From contig CAJOJG010000009.1 of NCBI GenBank assembly GCA_905234655.1, positions 352-64,351 of the forward strand: a DNA stretch of 64,000 nt, read 5' to 3'. The stretch comes from an uncultured Bacteroidales bacterium (lineage in GTDB: Bacteria > Bacteroidota > Bacteroidia > Bacteroidales > UBA3824). Below are positions 63,374 to 64,000 of the stretch, piece after piece (positions within the stretch are counted from its first letter, which is position 1; every line of letters begins with the position of its first letter). The notes under the pieces were generated by a model. The model was not told where the DNA came from. It worked only from the letters and a program-made list of their open reading frames with translations, and did no database searches. The position numbers and the translations under genes were made by a program.

Positions 63374-63409
63374 ACGGCTGTCCAAGGAAAAATGGGCAGC
63401 CGTTTTTTT
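63374..63409 (+). terminator. Rho-independent terminator after metY
   Basis: A 10-bp stem, ACGGCTGTCC pairing with GGGCAGCCGT (includes one G-U pair), followed by TTTTTTT. Confidence 0.75.
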
Positions 63410-63526
63410 GCATTTGTGCAGAAAATATTCGGCTTATAAACCGAGAAAATTGCACGTCAATTTCATTTGACTGAAAAAAAAAATTCAATCACCCGCACAT
63501 CGAATTCTGTTTTGGTGGAAACAAGG

Positions 63527-64000
63527 CTAATTTCTGCACCTAACTGCACGAACAAGGAAGCCGTTGCGATGGTAGTGGTAATCCAAGTAAAGATTGTCCG
63601 AATTGAAGTTGAGACTCCATGCTCTATCGGAATTGCTTTCGAAAATAGAATGCGTCCAATAATCGCCAAACATTCCTTCATTCACAAGCTTTTCATAACG
63701 ATAACCTGCGGCAGGTAAATAAATCGAATTTCCATTCTTACCCTTGGCTTCATATAATCGATTCTTTCGGTCATTAACCGAATCTTTATCCTTCTTCAGA
63801 CGCTCAATTTCCGACTTCAATTCAATGATAGTCTTTTGGGCGTTGGCAGCCTCCGCCAATTCCAACACGTACTTTTTAAGCGGTTCGATAATTTCTTTGA
63901 AACCAGTAGCACGATGGACTTCTATTTTGGAACCACGATTGTAACTATGACAAAAGGCATATAATGAATCCAAATCGTCAATAAATCCAACTTTCAGAAG
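63527..64000 (-). CDS. C-terminal part of a protein with a coiled coil and a FISUMP/DUF1566-like terminal domain (5' end outside the window)
   Basis: The frame is open to the window end. The C-terminal GNSIYLPAAGYRY......G..GDYW......S..A..L.F........Y.R..G..VR.VR pattern is typical of Fibrobacter-type paralogous (FISUMP) domains. Confidence 0.5.
   Translation of the reverse strand, partial: LLKVGFIDDLDSLYAFCHSYNRGSKIEVHRATGFKEIIEPLKKYVLELAEAANAQKTIIELKSEIERLKKDKDSVNDRKNRLYEAKGKNGNSIYLPAAGYRYEKLVNEGMFGDYWTHSIFESNSDRAWSLNFNSDNLYLDYHYHRNGFLVRAVRCRN

Noticed and set aside
1-64000. Whole-window check for rRNA, tRNA, integrase, transposase, phage or conjugation genes
   Set aside because: I recognised none in any frame or intergenic region. 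tRNA detection by eye is unreliable, so a tRNAscan/Infernal run would be needed to be certain.

Overview
This 64 kb window looks like chromosomal DNA from a Bacteroidales-type organism. Supporting signs are TAnnTTTG -7 promoter boxes, a CcsBA fusion, an LptC/CoaX/TPR neighbourhood, lipoprotein signal peptides and about 50% GC. The taxon is an inference. All calls come from reading the six-frame translations, recognising motifs from memory and inspecting repeats by eye. No search was run. I support about 55 protein-coding genes. Most are housekeeping: rarA, uvrB, ftsK, lolA, an HU-like protein, RNase G/E, rimO, superoxide dismutase, coaX, lptC, purF-type amidophosphoribosyltransferase, metY, a PurO-like plus AICARFT-only pair, a GH43 hydrolase and an ABC exporter. 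I found no rRNA, tRNA, CRISPR array, integrase or transposase. Items worth follow-up: (1) A tightly packed seven-gene minus-strand operon (46091-53015) with a GshA-type glutamate-cysteine ligase, two paralogous ATP-grasp ligases, an N-terminal-Cys class II amidotransferase-like hydrolase and three esterases, directly upstream of superoxide dismutase. It is a candidate uncharacterised gamma-glutamyl peptide or low-molecular-weight thiol pathway. (2) A three-gene operon (15252-21328) with a triple-SPOR secreted protein and two atypically long FloA/flotillin-like proteins carrying an expanded helical repeat. (3) A dispersed palindromic repeat family built from ATAATGC/ATAATTC heptamers around a GCCATTCGGCGG core, with six copies, all at gene boundaries. 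Several copies supply stop codons or N-terminal codons. (4) A compact island of three toxin-antitoxin modules (two HEPN/nucleotidyltransferase pairs and one PIN pair), two of which are driven by an identical 21-nt promoter cassette. (5) Unannotated small genes: a 29-aa bS22/AURKAIP1-like basic protein and a 49-aa XRE HTH upstream of an AAA/PD-(D/E)XK-type ATPase. (6) Several decayed genes: a frameshifted AAA ATPase, LytTR and outer-membrane barrel remnants, and a truncated CAP-domain paralog.
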